Assembly (NCBI GenBank): GCA_029547805.1
Contig: JAKPOP010000010.1
Location: forward strand, 209,675-273,674
Origin: Deltaproteobacteria bacterium
GTDB taxonomy: Bacteria; Myxococcota_A; UBA9042; DTJE01
Direction of reading: 5' to 3'
DNA length: 64,000 nucleotides
Made by a program: the position numbers and the translations under genes. Below are positions 1 through 13,828 of the stretch, piece by piece. Position 1 is the stretch's first letter. Each line of letters opens with the position of its first letter. The notes beneath the pieces are model-generated. The model made no database searches. It was given only the letters and a program-made list of their open reading frames with translations, and was not told where the DNA came from.

Positions 1-412
1 CGATGTCCCGAGCATGGAGTTCCACGACGCCATCCATCACCTGGTCCAGCACCGGGATCGCCTCGTCGACGGGAAACGGGCCCCGCTCCCGGATCTCGGT
101 CTCCAGCGTGCGGCCGTGGACCAGTTCCATCGCGAAATACGGGATTCCCTCGGGGGTCGTCCCGGTCCGGAGGACCCGGGGAAAGCACGGACTGCGAACC
201 ATGGCCAGGTAGGCCGCCTCCCGCTTGAGCCCGGCCACGGCCGAGGCGACGTCCCCGTGGGCCGCATGGAGGACCTTCAGGGCGACCTTGCGCCGCCCCA
301 CCGACAACTGCTCCGCCAGATAGACCCGGGCGAACCCCCCGAAACCCAGCAGGCGGACGACCCGGAAGTCGTCTCCGAGAATCTGGCCCAGCAGGGGGTC
401 CTGGCCTTCCAT
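1..412 (-). CDS. Hanks-type Ser/Thr protein kinase, N-terminal part (runs off window start)
   Basis: Manual translation from ATG at 412: MEGQDPLLGQILGDDFRVVRLLGFGGFARVYLAEQLSVGRRKVALKVL...YFAMELVHG...ELHARDI. Shows Gly-rich loop, VAxK lysine and MEL hinge. Absent from the ORF track because it has no stop in the window. Confidence 0.9.
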   Translation of the reverse strand, partial: MEGQDPLLGQILGDDFRVVRLLGFGGFARVYLAEQLSVGRRKVALKVLHAAHGDVASAVAGLKREAAYLAMVRSPCFPRVLRTGTTPEGIPYFAMELVHGRTLETEIRERGPFPVDEAIPVLDQVMDGVVELHARDI

Positions 413-513
413 GGAGGCATTGTAGCACCTCCCCGAATCTCCGGGCCCAAGGGGGATCTCGACCGGCCCGGGCGCGTTGACGGGAGCCGATCCCTGGGAT
501 AAGGTTGCGCCCC

Positions 514-1551
514 ATGGGAAACCTCACCTACAGGGATGCAGGGGTCAACAACGAGGCGCAGGATCACTTCGCCGACTCCATCGGGTCGATGGCCCGAACA
601 ACCATCGGACCCGAGGTGCTGGCGGGGATCGGCGGATTCGCCGCAGCGGTGGCGCCGGACCTCCGGGGCATGGAGCGCCCGGTGCTGGTCTCGGGAACCG
701 ACGGTGTCGGGACCAAACTGAAGATCGCCTTCGCCCTGGATCGGCACGACACCGTGGGCATCGACCTCGTGGCGATGTGCGTCAACGATGTGATCACCAC
801 CGGGGCCCGCCCCCTCTTCTTCCTGGACTACTTCGCCACGGGCCGCCTCCAGGAGGGTGTCGCCCTCCAGGTGATGTCCGGAATCGTGGAGGGATGCAAC
901 CAGGCCGAGTGCGCCCTCGTGGGGGGCGAGACGGCGGAACTGCCGGGCTTCTACGCCCCCGGGGAGTACGATCTTGCGGGCTTCTGCGTCGGGATCGTCG
1001 ACGCCCCCCGACAGGTGACGGGTCAGGCGTGCCGGGACGGGGATGTCCTGGTCGGCCTCCGGTCCTCGGGAGTGCACTCGAACGGGTTCAGCCTGGTGCG
1101 CCGGGTCGTGGAGCTCCGAGGGCTGTCCCTGGACCGCGTCCATGAAGGCTTCCCCCAGTCCCTGGGCGAGGTCCTGCTGACGCCCACCCGGATCTACTGG
1201 CGGGCCGTGAAGGCCCTGCTGTCCTCGGTGCCCGTCCACGCGATGGCCCACATCACCGGCGGCGGCCTGGAGGGCAATCTCCCCCGGGTGATCCCCGAGG
1301 GGCTCCATCCGGTGGTGCGACGGGAGGCGATCCCCGTGCTGCCGATCTTATCGTTCCTGCAGGGGGCCGGCGGGGAGCCGCGAATCTCCGACGAGGAGAT
1401 GTGGCGGGTCTTCAACATGGGCGTCGGGTATGTCATCGTGGTCCCTCCCGAGGACGCGGATCGGGCGATGACGCTGCTGCGGGGCGCGGGGGAGGAACCC
1501 TTCGTGCTGGGGCACCTGGCCCCCGGGTCCGGCGACCTGGAGTGGATGTGA
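514..1551 (+). CDS. purM: Phosphoribosylformylglycinamidine cyclo-ligase (AIR synthase)
   Basis: LTYRDAGV, GTDGVGTK, DLVAMCVND, GGETAELPG, SSGVHSNGFSL, HITGGG, FNMGVG motifs. Confidence 0.97.
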   Translation: MGNLTYRDAGVNNEAQDHFADSIGSMARTTIGPEVLAGIGGFAAAVAPDLRGMERPVLVSGTDGVGTKLKIAFALDRHDTVGIDLVAMCVNDVITTGARPLFFLDYFATGRLQEGVALQVMSGIVEGCNQAECALVGGETAELPGFYAPGEYDLAGFCVGIVDAPRQVTGQACRDGDVLVGLRSSGVHSNGFSLVRRVVELRGLSLDRVHEGFPQSLGEVLLTPTRIYWRAVKALLSSVPVHAMAHITGGGLEGNLPRVIPEGLHPVVRREAIPVLPILSFLQGAGGEPRISDEEMWRVFNMGVGYVIVVPPEDADRAMTLLRGAGEEPFVLGHLAPGSGDLEWM

Positions 1552-2171
1552 GCGCCTCCCGCAAGGAACCCCTGGCCATCCTGATCTCGGGCCGGGGGTC
1601 CAACATGGTGTCCCTCGTCGAGGCCGCCCGGCAGGGGCGTCTTTGCGCCGATATCCGCCTGGTCTTCTCGAACCGCCCCGATGCCCCGGGCCTCCAGGCG
1701 GCCCGGTCCCTGGGGATCGAGACGGCGGTCCTGTCCCACCGGGACTTTCCCGACCGGGAGTCCTTTGACCGGGCCCTCGCGGACCTGCTGGAGAGCCGGG
1801 GAGTGCGTTTCGTGGCCCTGGCGGGCTTCATGCGGGTGCTCACCCCGGCCTTCCTGGACCGCTTTCCGGGCCGGGTCGTGAACATCCACCCGGCCCTGCT
1901 CCCGGCCTTCCCGGGAGTCCATGCCCAGCGGCAGGCCCTCGAGTACGGGGTCTGGGTCACGGGCTGCACGGTCCACTTCGTGGACGCCGGGACCGACACC
2001 GGTCCCATCATCGCCCAGGCAGCGGTCCCGGTGGAGGACGGCGACGACGAGGAGACCCTGTCGGCGCGCATCCTGGCCGCGGAACACCAGATCTATCCGT
2101 CGGCCCTGGACGACGTCCTGGGGGGACGCCTTCGCATCCAGGGCCGCCGAGTCCTTCGGACAGGGGGCTGA
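1548..2171 (+). CDS. purN: Phosphoribosylglycinamide formyltransferase
   Basis: LISGRGSN, LAGFMRVL, NIHPALLPAFPG, GCTVHFVD, DTGPII. GTG start overlaps the purM stop. Confidence 0.96.
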   Translation: MSASRKEPLAILISGRGSNMVSLVEAARQGRLCADIRLVFSNRPDAPGLQAARSLGIETAVLSHRDFPDRESFDRALADLLESRGVRFVALAGFMRVLTPAFLDRFPGRVVNIHPALLPAFPGVHAQRQALEYGVWVTGCTVHFVDAGTDTGPIIAQAAVPVEDGDDEETLSARILAAEHQIYPSALDDVLGGRLRIQGRRVLRTGG

Positions 2172-2173
2172 AG

Positions 2174-3670
2174 ATGCTCCGGTCGTCCTACGACGTGGTG
2201 ATCATCGGCACCGACCTCCCGGGCCTGGTCTTCGGAGCGCTGGCCGCGAAGAAGGGATACCGGGTGCTGGTCCTGGGCCACGGCGGCCAGGACAACATCT
2301 ACGATTTCCGAGGGTTCCAGTTCGTGCGGCGCCCTCACCTGCTGTTCGGGGTCCTGGACTCGAACCCCATCCGGGAGGTCTTCCGGGAACTGGCGCTGGC
2401 CCCCGAGATGCGCAACCTCCCTCGTCCGATGAATCCCATCTGCCACGTGGTCCTGCCAGATGCCCGGGTCGAACTGACCCACATGAAGGGGATCCTGGAG
2501 GAGGAGATCCAGCGGGAGTTCCCCGGGAAGGTGGCCGTCCTCCGGGACTTCCTGTCCCAGGCCGCCGAGGCCGAGAAGGACCTCGAGGCCTTCTTCCGGG
2601 ACCTGCCGCCGCTGCCCCCGGGGACGATCCGGGAGTGGTGGCACGGACGGGCCCATCGCAAGGTCCTGGAGGCCGTCCGCCGGCGATTCCGGGAACAGGT
2701 GGCCCCCCTGCTGGCCGAGGACCCCCGGCTCCGGTCCCTGGTGGCCGCCCCGCTGACCCTGATGTCGGGCCTGGACGACCCCCTGGAGGTCCCCCTGCCG
2801 GCCCTGCGCCTCGTGAACCACCTCTTCCGGGGATTCCACTTCGTCGAGTGGGGCCTGGATTCCTTGAAGGCCCTCTTCGTGGACCGGGTCAAGGCCAACT
2901 CCGGAGACGTCCGCCCCCAGGACTCGGTGGACATGATGCTGGTCCGCCGCGGGGAGATCCGGGAAGTGGAACTGCGGGGTCGCCAGGAGACCATCGGGGC
3001 GAACCTGGTGGTGCTGGCGGGGGACCAGGGCGCACTGCTGGACCTCATCCCCGAGGAGGGGCAGAAGAAGCGCTACCGGCAGAAGGTGGAGCGCCTCGCG
3101 CCATCCCACCACCTGGTGACCGTCAACGTGGGTGTCGACCGGGACGCCATTCCCGAAGGAATGGCCCAGACCGCCTTCGTGGTCGGAAACCCCCGAGAGC
3201 CCCTGGAGGGGCCGAACCTGCTGTGCGTCCAGGTGGACCCGGCCATGCAGCCCCTCGACATGGTCCAGCGGGACCAGGCCACCATTGCCATCTCGGGACG
3301 CCTCCCGGCCGGGTCCTTCGACGGCAAGCCATCGTCCCTGGCGGGCTTCGGGCGGGACCTGTTGCAGCGGGTGCAGACCCTGATGCCCTTCCTCGAGGAA
3401 CACACCCAGGTCTCGGCCATCTCCTCGGTGGGCATCCACCCCCGGAGCGGCGATACGGTGGTCGAACCCGCCGGGTTGGTCCCCTTCTGGTCCGAGACCC
3501 ACAAGCGGAGCCTGGGACTGGCCACCTGGCCCCTCCGGACCGCCTATCGGAACGTGCTCTTCCTGGGCGAGGGCGCCGCAGGACCCCTGGGGTTCGAGGG
3601 GGCCTTCATCGCAGGGCTGCAGGCGTTCCAGCTGCTCAAGGAGAAGCTGCCCCTCAAGAGCGGGGTCTGA
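2174..3670 (+). CDS. Phytoene dehydrogenase-like FAD/NAD-binding oxidoreductase with degenerate dinucleotide motif
   Basis: N-terminal YDVVIIGTDLPGLVFGALAAKKGYRVLVL Rossmann-like start; C-terminal NVLFLGE...GFEGA; 498 aa. Confidence 0.7.
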   Translation: MLRSSYDVVIIGTDLPGLVFGALAAKKGYRVLVLGHGGQDNIYDFRGFQFVRRPHLLFGVLDSNPIREVFRELALAPEMRNLPRPMNPICHVVLPDARVELTHMKGILEEEIQREFPGKVAVLRDFLSQAAEAEKDLEAFFRDLPPLPPGTIREWWHGRAHRKVLEAVRRRFREQVAPLLAEDPRLRSLVAAPLTLMSGLDDPLEVPLPALRLVNHLFRGFHFVEWGLDSLKALFVDRVKANSGDVRPQDSVDMMLVRRGEIREVELRGRQETIGANLVVLAGDQGALLDLIPEEGQKKRYRQKVERLAPSHHLVTVNVGVDRDAIPEGMAQTAFVVGNPREPLEGPNLLCVQVDPAMQPLDMVQRDQATIAISGRLPAGSFDGKPSSLAGFGRDLLQRVQTLMPFLEEHTQVSAISSVGIHPRSGDTVVEPAGLVPFWSETHKRSLGLATWPLRTAYRNVLFLGEGAAGPLGFEGAFIAGLQAFQLLKEKLPLKSGV

Positions 3671-3672
3671 CG

Positions 3673-5076
3673 ATGGCCGCCGGGGCGTTTCGACGGATGC
3701 TGCTGATCTGTCTGGCGGCCGGGATCACCGCGATCCCCGAGGCCCGGGCCGACGCCCCCACCCCCAGGCCCATGACCCTGGAGGAGGCCCTGGACCTGGC
3801 CCTGCGGCAATCGGACCTGATCCAGGCCGCCCGGTCGGGCACGGAGGCCCTGGAGGCCCAACTGGACCAGGCCGCGTCACTGGCCTGGCCTCATCTCCGC
3901 CTGGAGGCCCTGCTGGCCCCGACCCCGGGCCAGCGGGGAAACGCCCTGAAGGGCCACACGGACTACGACGACTGGGGCGTCTTCCTCCGGGGGGAACTGA
4001 GCGGCTACGTGCCCCTCTTCGGTTTCGGCAAGATCCGCTACCTGAAGCGGGCCGCCCGACTGGGCGTCGAGGTGGGACGCCATCGAGAGGCCATCGCCCG
4101 GGCCGAGGTCCGCTATCGGGTGATCCGGGCCTGGCATGCCCTGGGCATGGCCCGGGAACTCCAGGAGGTCCTCCGCGAGGGGCGTGGGTACTTCGACCAG
4201 GCCCGCCGGCACGTCGAGGCCCTCAAACGGGAGGACGACCCCTCCTTCGACCCGGTGGACGAGATGAAGATCCGGGTCTACGACGTCCAGGTCCGGTCCC
4301 GGGAACTGGAGGCGGCCCGGGGACTGGCCCTCGCCGAGGCGACACTGCGGGAGGTGCTGGGCATGGCCCCGGGGGACCCGGCCGCCGTGGACCCGGGCCC
4401 TCCGACGCTCGACATCCCGGTCCGGAAGGTCACGCTGGAGGAGGCCCTGGCCTACGCGCTGGAGAACCGCCCGGAGATGGCCGCCCTCCGGACCGGCATC
4501 CAGGCCCGGAAGGCCGAGGCCGAGGCCCGGAAGCGCAACCTGTTCCCGGACTTCGTACTGGTCGGGCGCCTCAACGGGGCCTACACCAGCGTGGCCGACA
4601 ACCAGCCCACCCCCTTTGCCGACGACCCGTGGAACGGTTGGGGGGCCGGGGCAGGCCTGGGGCTGCGATGGGACATCGAGATCGGCCGGCGCCTCGGGGA
4701 GTGGCGCGAGGCGCAGGCCGGGACACGGCGCCTGGAGTTCGAGAGCCGGGAGGCGGAGCGGGGAATCCGCCTGGAGGTCGAGCGCTGCTTCCGGGAGATG
4801 GAGGACGCCCGGGAGATGGCCGAGGCGCAACAGGTGGCCCTGAAGGCCGCCCGGGGGTGGGTCGTCTCGAAACTGGACCTCTACGAGAACGGCCTGGCGA
4901 CCCTCCGGGACGTCATGGAGGGACTCGTGCAGTTCTTCCAGACCCGCCTGGACCTGGTGAAGGCCACCTACGAGTGGAGCGTCTCGGTGGCGGCCCTGGA
5001 GCGGGCCTCGGGCCTGCGGCTGTTTCCGATCGGCGGCGAACCGGTCGTCCCGGCGGAGGCCCCGTCGGCGCAATAA
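3673..5076 (+). CDS. TolC-family outer membrane efflux protein
   Basis: Signal peptide, two OEP-like repeats (LEEALDLAL; LEEALAYALENRPE), C-terminal YENGLATLRDV...LERASG. Confidence 0.88.
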   Translation: MAAGAFRRMLLICLAAGITAIPEARADAPTPRPMTLEEALDLALRQSDLIQAARSGTEALEAQLDQAASLAWPHLRLEALLAPTPGQRGNALKGHTDYDDWGVFLRGELSGYVPLFGFGKIRYLKRAARLGVEVGRHREAIARAEVRYRVIRAWHALGMARELQEVLREGRGYFDQARRHVEALKREDDPSFDPVDEMKIRVYDVQVRSRELEAARGLALAEATLREVLGMAPGDPAAVDPGPPTLDIPVRKVTLEEALAYALENRPEMAALRTGIQARKAEAEARKRNLFPDFVLVGRLNGAYTSVADNQPTPFADDPWNGWGAGAGLGLRWDIEIGRRLGEWREAQAGTRRLEFESREAERGIRLEVERCFREMEDAREMAEAQQVALKAARGWVVSKLDLYENGLATLRDVMEGLVQFFQTRLDLVKATYEWSVSVAALERASGLRLFPIGGEPVVPAEAPSAQ

Positions 5077-5128
5077 TCCGGCCGGGCCGCCGTCCAATGC
5101 CGCGGCCTGTGAATCCGGGAGGTACCCG

Positions 5129-5707
5129 ATGCATCGACCGTGGATGGGAGCCGTGATGGTGTTGCTGGTGGCGGCGCCGGTGCGCGCCGAGACGGCACGG
5201 GAGTTCGTGGAGGCCCGCTACCGCGACCTCCAGGCCCTGGTGGAACGGATTCCTCAGAAGGAACCTCTCCAGGCCGAGATCCGAAAGGTGATGGACACCT
5301 TCGTGGACTACGAGGAACTCTCCCGGCGCACCCTGGGAAGCCACTGGGACACTCTGAAGCCCAGGGAGCGGAAGGACTTCCAGCAGGAATTCCGGAAGAT
5401 GGTCCAGCGGTCCTACGTGAAGCGCTTCGACCCGGGAAAGGCCTTCACGATCGAGTATGGCGAGATGGTCCCCGCGGAGGACGGGTCCGTCGTGGTGACC
5501 TCGACGATCCGGGCGGGGCGGTCCGAGGCCCGGGTGGACTACGCGCTGCAGCGCAAGAAGGGCACCTGGTGGGCCTTCGACGTGGTGATCGACGAGGTCA
5601 GCATGGTGCGCAACTACCGCAAGCAGTTCCACGACATCCTCCAGAAGGAGGGCTTCGGGGGACTGATGGATCGCCTCCGAAAGAAGAACGCCCAGGCCCA
5701 GGAATAG
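5129..5707 (+). CDS. MlaC/Ttg2D-family periplasmic lipid-binding protein
   Basis: DYEELSRRTLGSHW and W.AFDVVIDEVSMVRNYRKQF motifs; signal peptide; GGGAGG RBS. Confidence 0.9.
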   Translation: MHRPWMGAVMVLLVAAPVRAETAREFVEARYRDLQALVERIPQKEPLQAEIRKVMDTFVDYEELSRRTLGSHWDTLKPRERKDFQQEFRKMVQRSYVKRFDPGKAFTIEYGEMVPAEDGSVVVTSTIRAGRSEARVDYALQRKKGTWWAFDVVIDEVSMVRNYRKQFHDILQKEGFGGLMDRLRKKNAQAQE

Positions 5708-5818
5708 CCTCGATCCGGCCGGTGGGCCCCCATTTCCCCGGGTTCGGGCCCTCCTCCCGGTTCCCAATTCGTCGGTTCGCTGCTATGGAAGGCCGTCGCT
5801 GGCCCGGGAGGTGCCGCC

Positions 5819-10013
<4,195 letters not shown>

Positions 10014-10059
10014 TCCAGTCCCGGATCGTCCCCGTCCCTGGTCCCTGGACCGCCGGACC

Positions 10060-10455
10060 TCAGACCCGTTCCAGCACCCGCTGCAGCCGTTCCTCCACCT
10101 CCCGGGCCATCGGGGCCAGGGCCTCCTTTCCCACCGGCTGGAACATCGCCGAGGGCCGGGCGATGCTGACCACGCTCCCCTCGGGAGTCGCCGCCACGAC
10201 GACATTGCACGGCAGCACGAGGCCCAGGAAGAACTCCCGGGAGAGGGCCTCGTGAGCCAGAGGCGGATTGCAGGCCCCCAGGATCACGTAGGGGGACATC
10301 TCGACCCCGAGGCGGGCCTTGAGGGTCTCGTGAACGTCGATGCGGGTCAGGACCCCGAATCCCTCGGTCTTCAGGGCCTCCTGGACCCGGCCGAGGGCCT
10401 CCTGCCAGGTCACCTCGCGCAGTTCCTTCGTCAGTCCGTAGGCGGGATGATCCAT
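10060..10455 (-). CDS. DUF302 domain protein
   Basis: GFGVLTRID, YVILGACNP, GLVLPCNVVV motifs. Confidence 0.9.
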   Translation of the reverse strand: MDHPAYGLTKELREVTWQEALGRVQEALKTEGFGVLTRIDVHETLKARLGVEMSPYVILGACNPPLAHEALSREFFLGLVLPCNVVVAATPEGSVVSIARPSAMFQPVGKEALAPMAREVEERLQRVLERV

Positions 10456-10517
10456 GTCCTCTCTCCAGAAATCGGGCCGACAGAAACTGGGCAGCGGGTC
10501 CCGCCCTGTCAACCGCT

Positions 10518-10567
10518 CGGGACCGGACCACGAAGGGCCCCGGTCTTCGGGGCGGGTCCCGGTCCCG
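10518..10567. terminator. GC-rich hairpin between serB and the DUF302 gene (possible terminator or stability element)
   Basis: CGGGACCGG...CCGGTCCCG outer arms with inner GCCCCG-GTCTT-CGGGGC; no clear U-tract. Confidence 0.35.
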
Positions 10568-10582
10568 GCGACCCGGCGAAGG

Positions 10583-11809
10583 TCACGCTCCGGGGCATCC
10601 CTCGGGGCGATCGCCCAGAATGGCCTGGAGGTCCCTCTCGGTGAAGCCCATCAGGTAGAGCACGCCGTCCAGCGAGGAGGTGTTCAAGGACAGGTCCGCG
10701 GCCTGCTGCAGCACGGGCCTGGCCCGGAAGGCGATCCCCAGCCCCGCCAGGCGGAGCATGCCCATGTCGTTGGCGCCGTCCCCCACGGCCACGCACTGTT
10801 CCAGGGAGCAGCCATAGACCTGGGCCATGTCGGCGACCACCTGGGCCTTCCGGTCCGCATCGACGATCAGGCCCTTCACCTGGCCCGTCAGGACCCCGTC
10901 CTCCACCTCCAGCGTATTGGCGAAGGCGAAATCCAGGCCGAAGCGGCGCTTCAGTTCCTCGACGAAGAAGGTGAAGCCCCCGCTGACCAGGCCGATCCGG
11001 AGCCCCAGGGCCTTCAGCACCGCCACCAACCGGTCCGCCCCGGGCGTCAGCGGCACGTCATCCAGCAGGCGACGGGCCTGTTCGAAGGGGAGCCCCTTGA
11101 GCAGGGCCACCCGCTGCCGGAGGGCGGCCCGGAAGTCCATTTCCCCCCGCATGGCGGCCTCGGTGACCCTGGCCACCTGGTCCCCGACGCCGGCCATCCG
11201 GGCCAGTTCGTCGATGACCTCCATCTGGATGAAGGTGCTGTCCACGTCCAGGCAGATCAGGCGCTTGTTCCGCCGGAAGGGCCCGTCCCGCTGGACCGCC
11301 ATGTCGGCCCCCAGGGCGTTCGCCTTGGCCAGGATCTCCCCCCGGAGCGCCCGCATCTCGGCGGCGGTCCACCGGGTCCCCTGAGGCAGGTCCACCAGCA
11401 GTTCGACCCCGGCCAGCCGGTCCCGGGAGAGGGTCCGGATCTCCCGGATGTTGAACCCTCGGTCCGCCAGAAACCCCGTCGCCTCCGCCAGGGCCCGGCC
11501 GTCACCCAGGTCCCCGAGCATGGTCACGCAGAGGGCACAGGCCGCCGGGTCCGGGACCGCCCCGTCTCGGGGTCCATGGACCGAGACCTCCAGGCGCAAG
11601 CCCATCTCGTGGACCTGCACCAGCGCCCTCCGGAGGCAGTCGGACCCCTTCGGGACCGACAGGACCACCGTCAGGCTCAGGTGACCGTGGAGCACCGTCT
11701 GGCCCAGGTCCACCACCCGGGCCCCCTCGTCCCGGAACAGGGCCGCCAGGGTCGAGGTGATCCCCGGGCGGTCCGGTCCCATCACGTGCAAGGCCAGCAG
11801 GTCTTCCAT
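10583..11809 (-). CDS. serB: Phosphoserine phosphatase with N-terminal ACT domains
   Basis: GPDRPGIT ACT motif, DVDSTFIQMEVIDELA HAD motif I, VSGGF, VGDGAND. Confidence 0.96.
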   Translation of the reverse strand: MEDLLALHVMGPDRPGITSTLAALFRDEGARVVDLGQTVLHGHLSLTVVLSVPKGSDCLRRALVQVHEMGLRLEVSVHGPRDGAVPDPAACALCVTMLGDLGDGRALAEATGFLADRGFNIREIRTLSRDRLAGVELLVDLPQGTRWTAAEMRALRGEILAKANALGADMAVQRDGPFRRNKRLICLDVDSTFIQMEVIDELARMAGVGDQVARVTEAAMRGEMDFRAALRQRVALLKGLPFEQARRLLDDVPLTPGADRLVAVLKALGLRIGLVSGGFTFFVEELKRRFGLDFAFANTLEVEDGVLTGQVKGLIVDADRKAQVVADMAQVYGCSLEQCVAVGDGANDMGMLRLAGLGIAFRARPVLQQAADLSLNTSSLDGVLYLMGFTERDLQAILGDRPEGCPGA

Positions 11810-11969
11810 GTCCTCCCTCGCCAGGACCGGGGACAGCATAGCCGAAACGACGACCAGTCGGGGCCCCGGCCTCCCTGAAGTCCCCGATTCGTCTCGCTGA
11901 AGGTCCTGGAACGCCGACGCCGGCCCCGGGGGCGGACCCGGATCGCCATGGGGTCCGTCCGCCTCGACC

Positions 11970-13637
11970 TCAATAGATCTGGATCAACTCGGTCCCGGGG
12001 TAGTAGGCCTTCAGGATCGTCGCCGCATCCTGCCCGGCCTGGGCCCTGCCGATGGCCCCGACCTGGCACATCCCCACGCCATGGCCGAACCCGCCACCGG
12101 TGAACCGGAAGCCCTCCTGCCCCCCTTCCCGGGCCCGCTCGAAGACGACGAGCGACGACCGGAGGCCCCCAAGGGCCTTCCGGATCCGCAGTTCGGGCGA
12201 CAGCACCCGGGTCCCGGCGGACCCGATCACCTCCAGGCGCGTCACGCGGCCCGAGGCCCCTCGATCCAGCACCCGCAGGTCCCGGACCTCCCCGGGGTCC
12301 TGGCCGGTCTCCCGGGTCACCCCCTGGCGGATCTCCGCGACACTCACGAACCGGTTCCAGCGAAAGGACTCGCGGCCATAACGGGTGGCCCCGCAGTAGG
12401 TCCCGACCGGCGGGTTGGCCAGGAACCGGGCCACCTCTTCCTCGGTGGGCCTCTCCCCCTGGTAGAACCGGGTGCCCCCCGGATGATCCGGCACCCCGAC
12501 GAGGTAGTCGTGGCCCGACCCCTGCCAGACCGCCTCCCCCGACTCGCTGTGGCCTCCGCAGGAGGCGCCATAGACGCTGTCCGCGAGCCCGTCCCCGTGG
12601 AACAGCATGCGGCCGCGGGTGGCGTCCACGGCCCGACTCGTCCGGGGGTCCTCCCGCCCGACCCCCTTGTAGACCTGGCAGTGGACGTCGGCGCAGACCA
12701 TGAAGGGGTCCGCAGTGTGACGATTGCCCAGTTTGGCAAAGAGTTCCCCCCGGGCCACGATGGCCTGGGCCTCCAGGGCCGCCGCCGGCGCATCGACGTA
12801 GATCTCCGAGGGCACGAGCCCCTTCAGCAGCGTCTCCGCATCGACGGCATTGACCACCGCCAGCCGGCCCTCCCGGTCCGGTGTCAGGACCAGGCGTCCC
12901 CGGTAGGATCGGTCCTCCCGTCCGTGCCAGGCGAAGCCCTTGCCATACTCCACTGACCGGAGGGTCAGCGGCCGGCCTTCCGGGCTCCCGACCATCACCA
13001 TGCCCGGGAAGGACATCCGGGCGCTCTGGCCCACGCACTGGACCTCGATGACGCCGGTCGGCCGGTCCACCACCTCCTCGAAGACCTCCAGCGTGGCAAT
13101 GCCGCTCCGGGCCGCCAGGGCATCCCGGCGCTCCATCGCCCCGGCCATCGTCTCTCGGGGGTCGTCCTCGACCAGCGTCACGGTCCGGTTGTCCAGCACC
13201 CGGCCGTAGAATCCGAAGATGCTGCCTCGCTGGAAGGCCCGGACCTTCAGGCCCTGTCCCTCCCAGGCCGCCCGTTCCCGCCGGATGCCGGCCAGGTCCC
13301 TGGCCGGCAGGCGATTCAGGGCGACCCAGTACCGGATCCGAGCCCCATGTCCCTGCTCGATCCGGGCCTTGCACGATGTCCGGCCGATTCCCAGGCGGAT
13401 CGACGGTCCCCCGTAACCCTCGGGCCAGAACTCCAGCGGCCCCTCCGAGTCAAAGGAGACCTCCCGCTCCCCTTCCACGAGGCCCACCGTGACAATGGGC
13501 ACCTGGTCCTCGGTGAACAGGAACTTGGTCTGGTAGAGGAGCGCAGTCCGGTCCCGCCGGGAGAAGTCCTCCCCCTCCTCCTGGGCCCACCCCGGAACGC
13601 TCGCCAGCAGCCACAGGATCCCGATGGCCCGTCTCAT
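11970..13637 (-). CDS. SpoIID/LytB domain protein (lytic transglycosylase-like), exported
   Basis: YRGRL, LKGLVPSEI, ALEAQAIVAR, CQVYKG, GFGHGVGMCQ.GA, ILKAYYPG. Confidence 0.92.
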   Translation of the reverse strand: MRRAIGILWLLASVPGWAQEEGEDFSRRDRTALLYQTKFLFTEDQVPIVTVGLVEGEREVSFDSEGPLEFWPEGYGGPSIRLGIGRTSCKARIEQGHGARIRYWVALNRLPARDLAGIRRERAAWEGQGLKVRAFQRGSIFGFYGRVLDNRTVTLVEDDPRETMAGAMERRDALAARSGIATLEVFEEVVDRPTGVIEVQCVGQSARMSFPGMVMVGSPEGRPLTLRSVEYGKGFAWHGREDRSYRGRLVLTPDREGRLAVVNAVDAETLLKGLVPSEIYVDAPAAALEAQAIVARGELFAKLGNRHTADPFMVCADVHCQVYKGVGREDPRTSRAVDATRGRMLFHGDGLADSVYGASCGGHSESGEAVWQGSGHDYLVGVPDHPGGTRFYQGERPTEEEVARFLANPPVGTYCGATRYGRESFRWNRFVSVAEIRQGVTRETGQDPGEVRDLRVLDRGASGRVTRLEVIGSAGTRVLSPELRIRKALGGLRSSLVVFERAREGGQEGFRFTGGGFGHGVGMCQVGAIGRAQAGQDAATILKAYYPGTELIQIY

Positions 13638-13700
13638 GGGATGGGATTGTGTCCCGGCCGGGGCGTCGGGTCAACGCCGGCCGTCACCCGCCGAAGTCGG

Positions 13701-13756
13701 CCTGCACGACGACCTCCTTGTCCTCGGGTACCCAGCAAGAGGAGGTCGTCGGCAGG
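13701..13756. repeat. Long imperfect palindrome between pilA and the SpoIID-like gene
   Basis: CCTGC-A-CGACGACCTCC...GGAGGTCGTCG-GCAGG arms, with GGGTACCC in the loop. Confidence 0.7.
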
Positions 13757-13771
13757 GGAAACGGGGGGGCC

Positions 13772-13807
13772 AGAAACGCAAAGGGCGCCCGAAGGCGCCC
13801 CCTGCGT
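13772..13807 (-). terminator. Putative intrinsic terminator of pilA
   Basis: On the - strand ACGCAGGGGGCGCC-TTCG-GGCGCCCTTTGCGT then TTCT; cUUCGg tetraloop; about 20 nt after the pilA stop. Confidence 0.75.
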
Positions 13808-13828
13808 GCCGGTGGAAGGAGATAGGGA

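Noticed and set aside
1921-5076. Apparent giant fusions in the ORF track (1051-aa TolC, 940-aa GH4 at 15295, 642-aa ORF at 19274, 634-aa ORF at 46145)
   Set aside because: The N-terminal extensions overlap real genes in other frames; true starts are downstream (3673, 16843, 20687, 47282).
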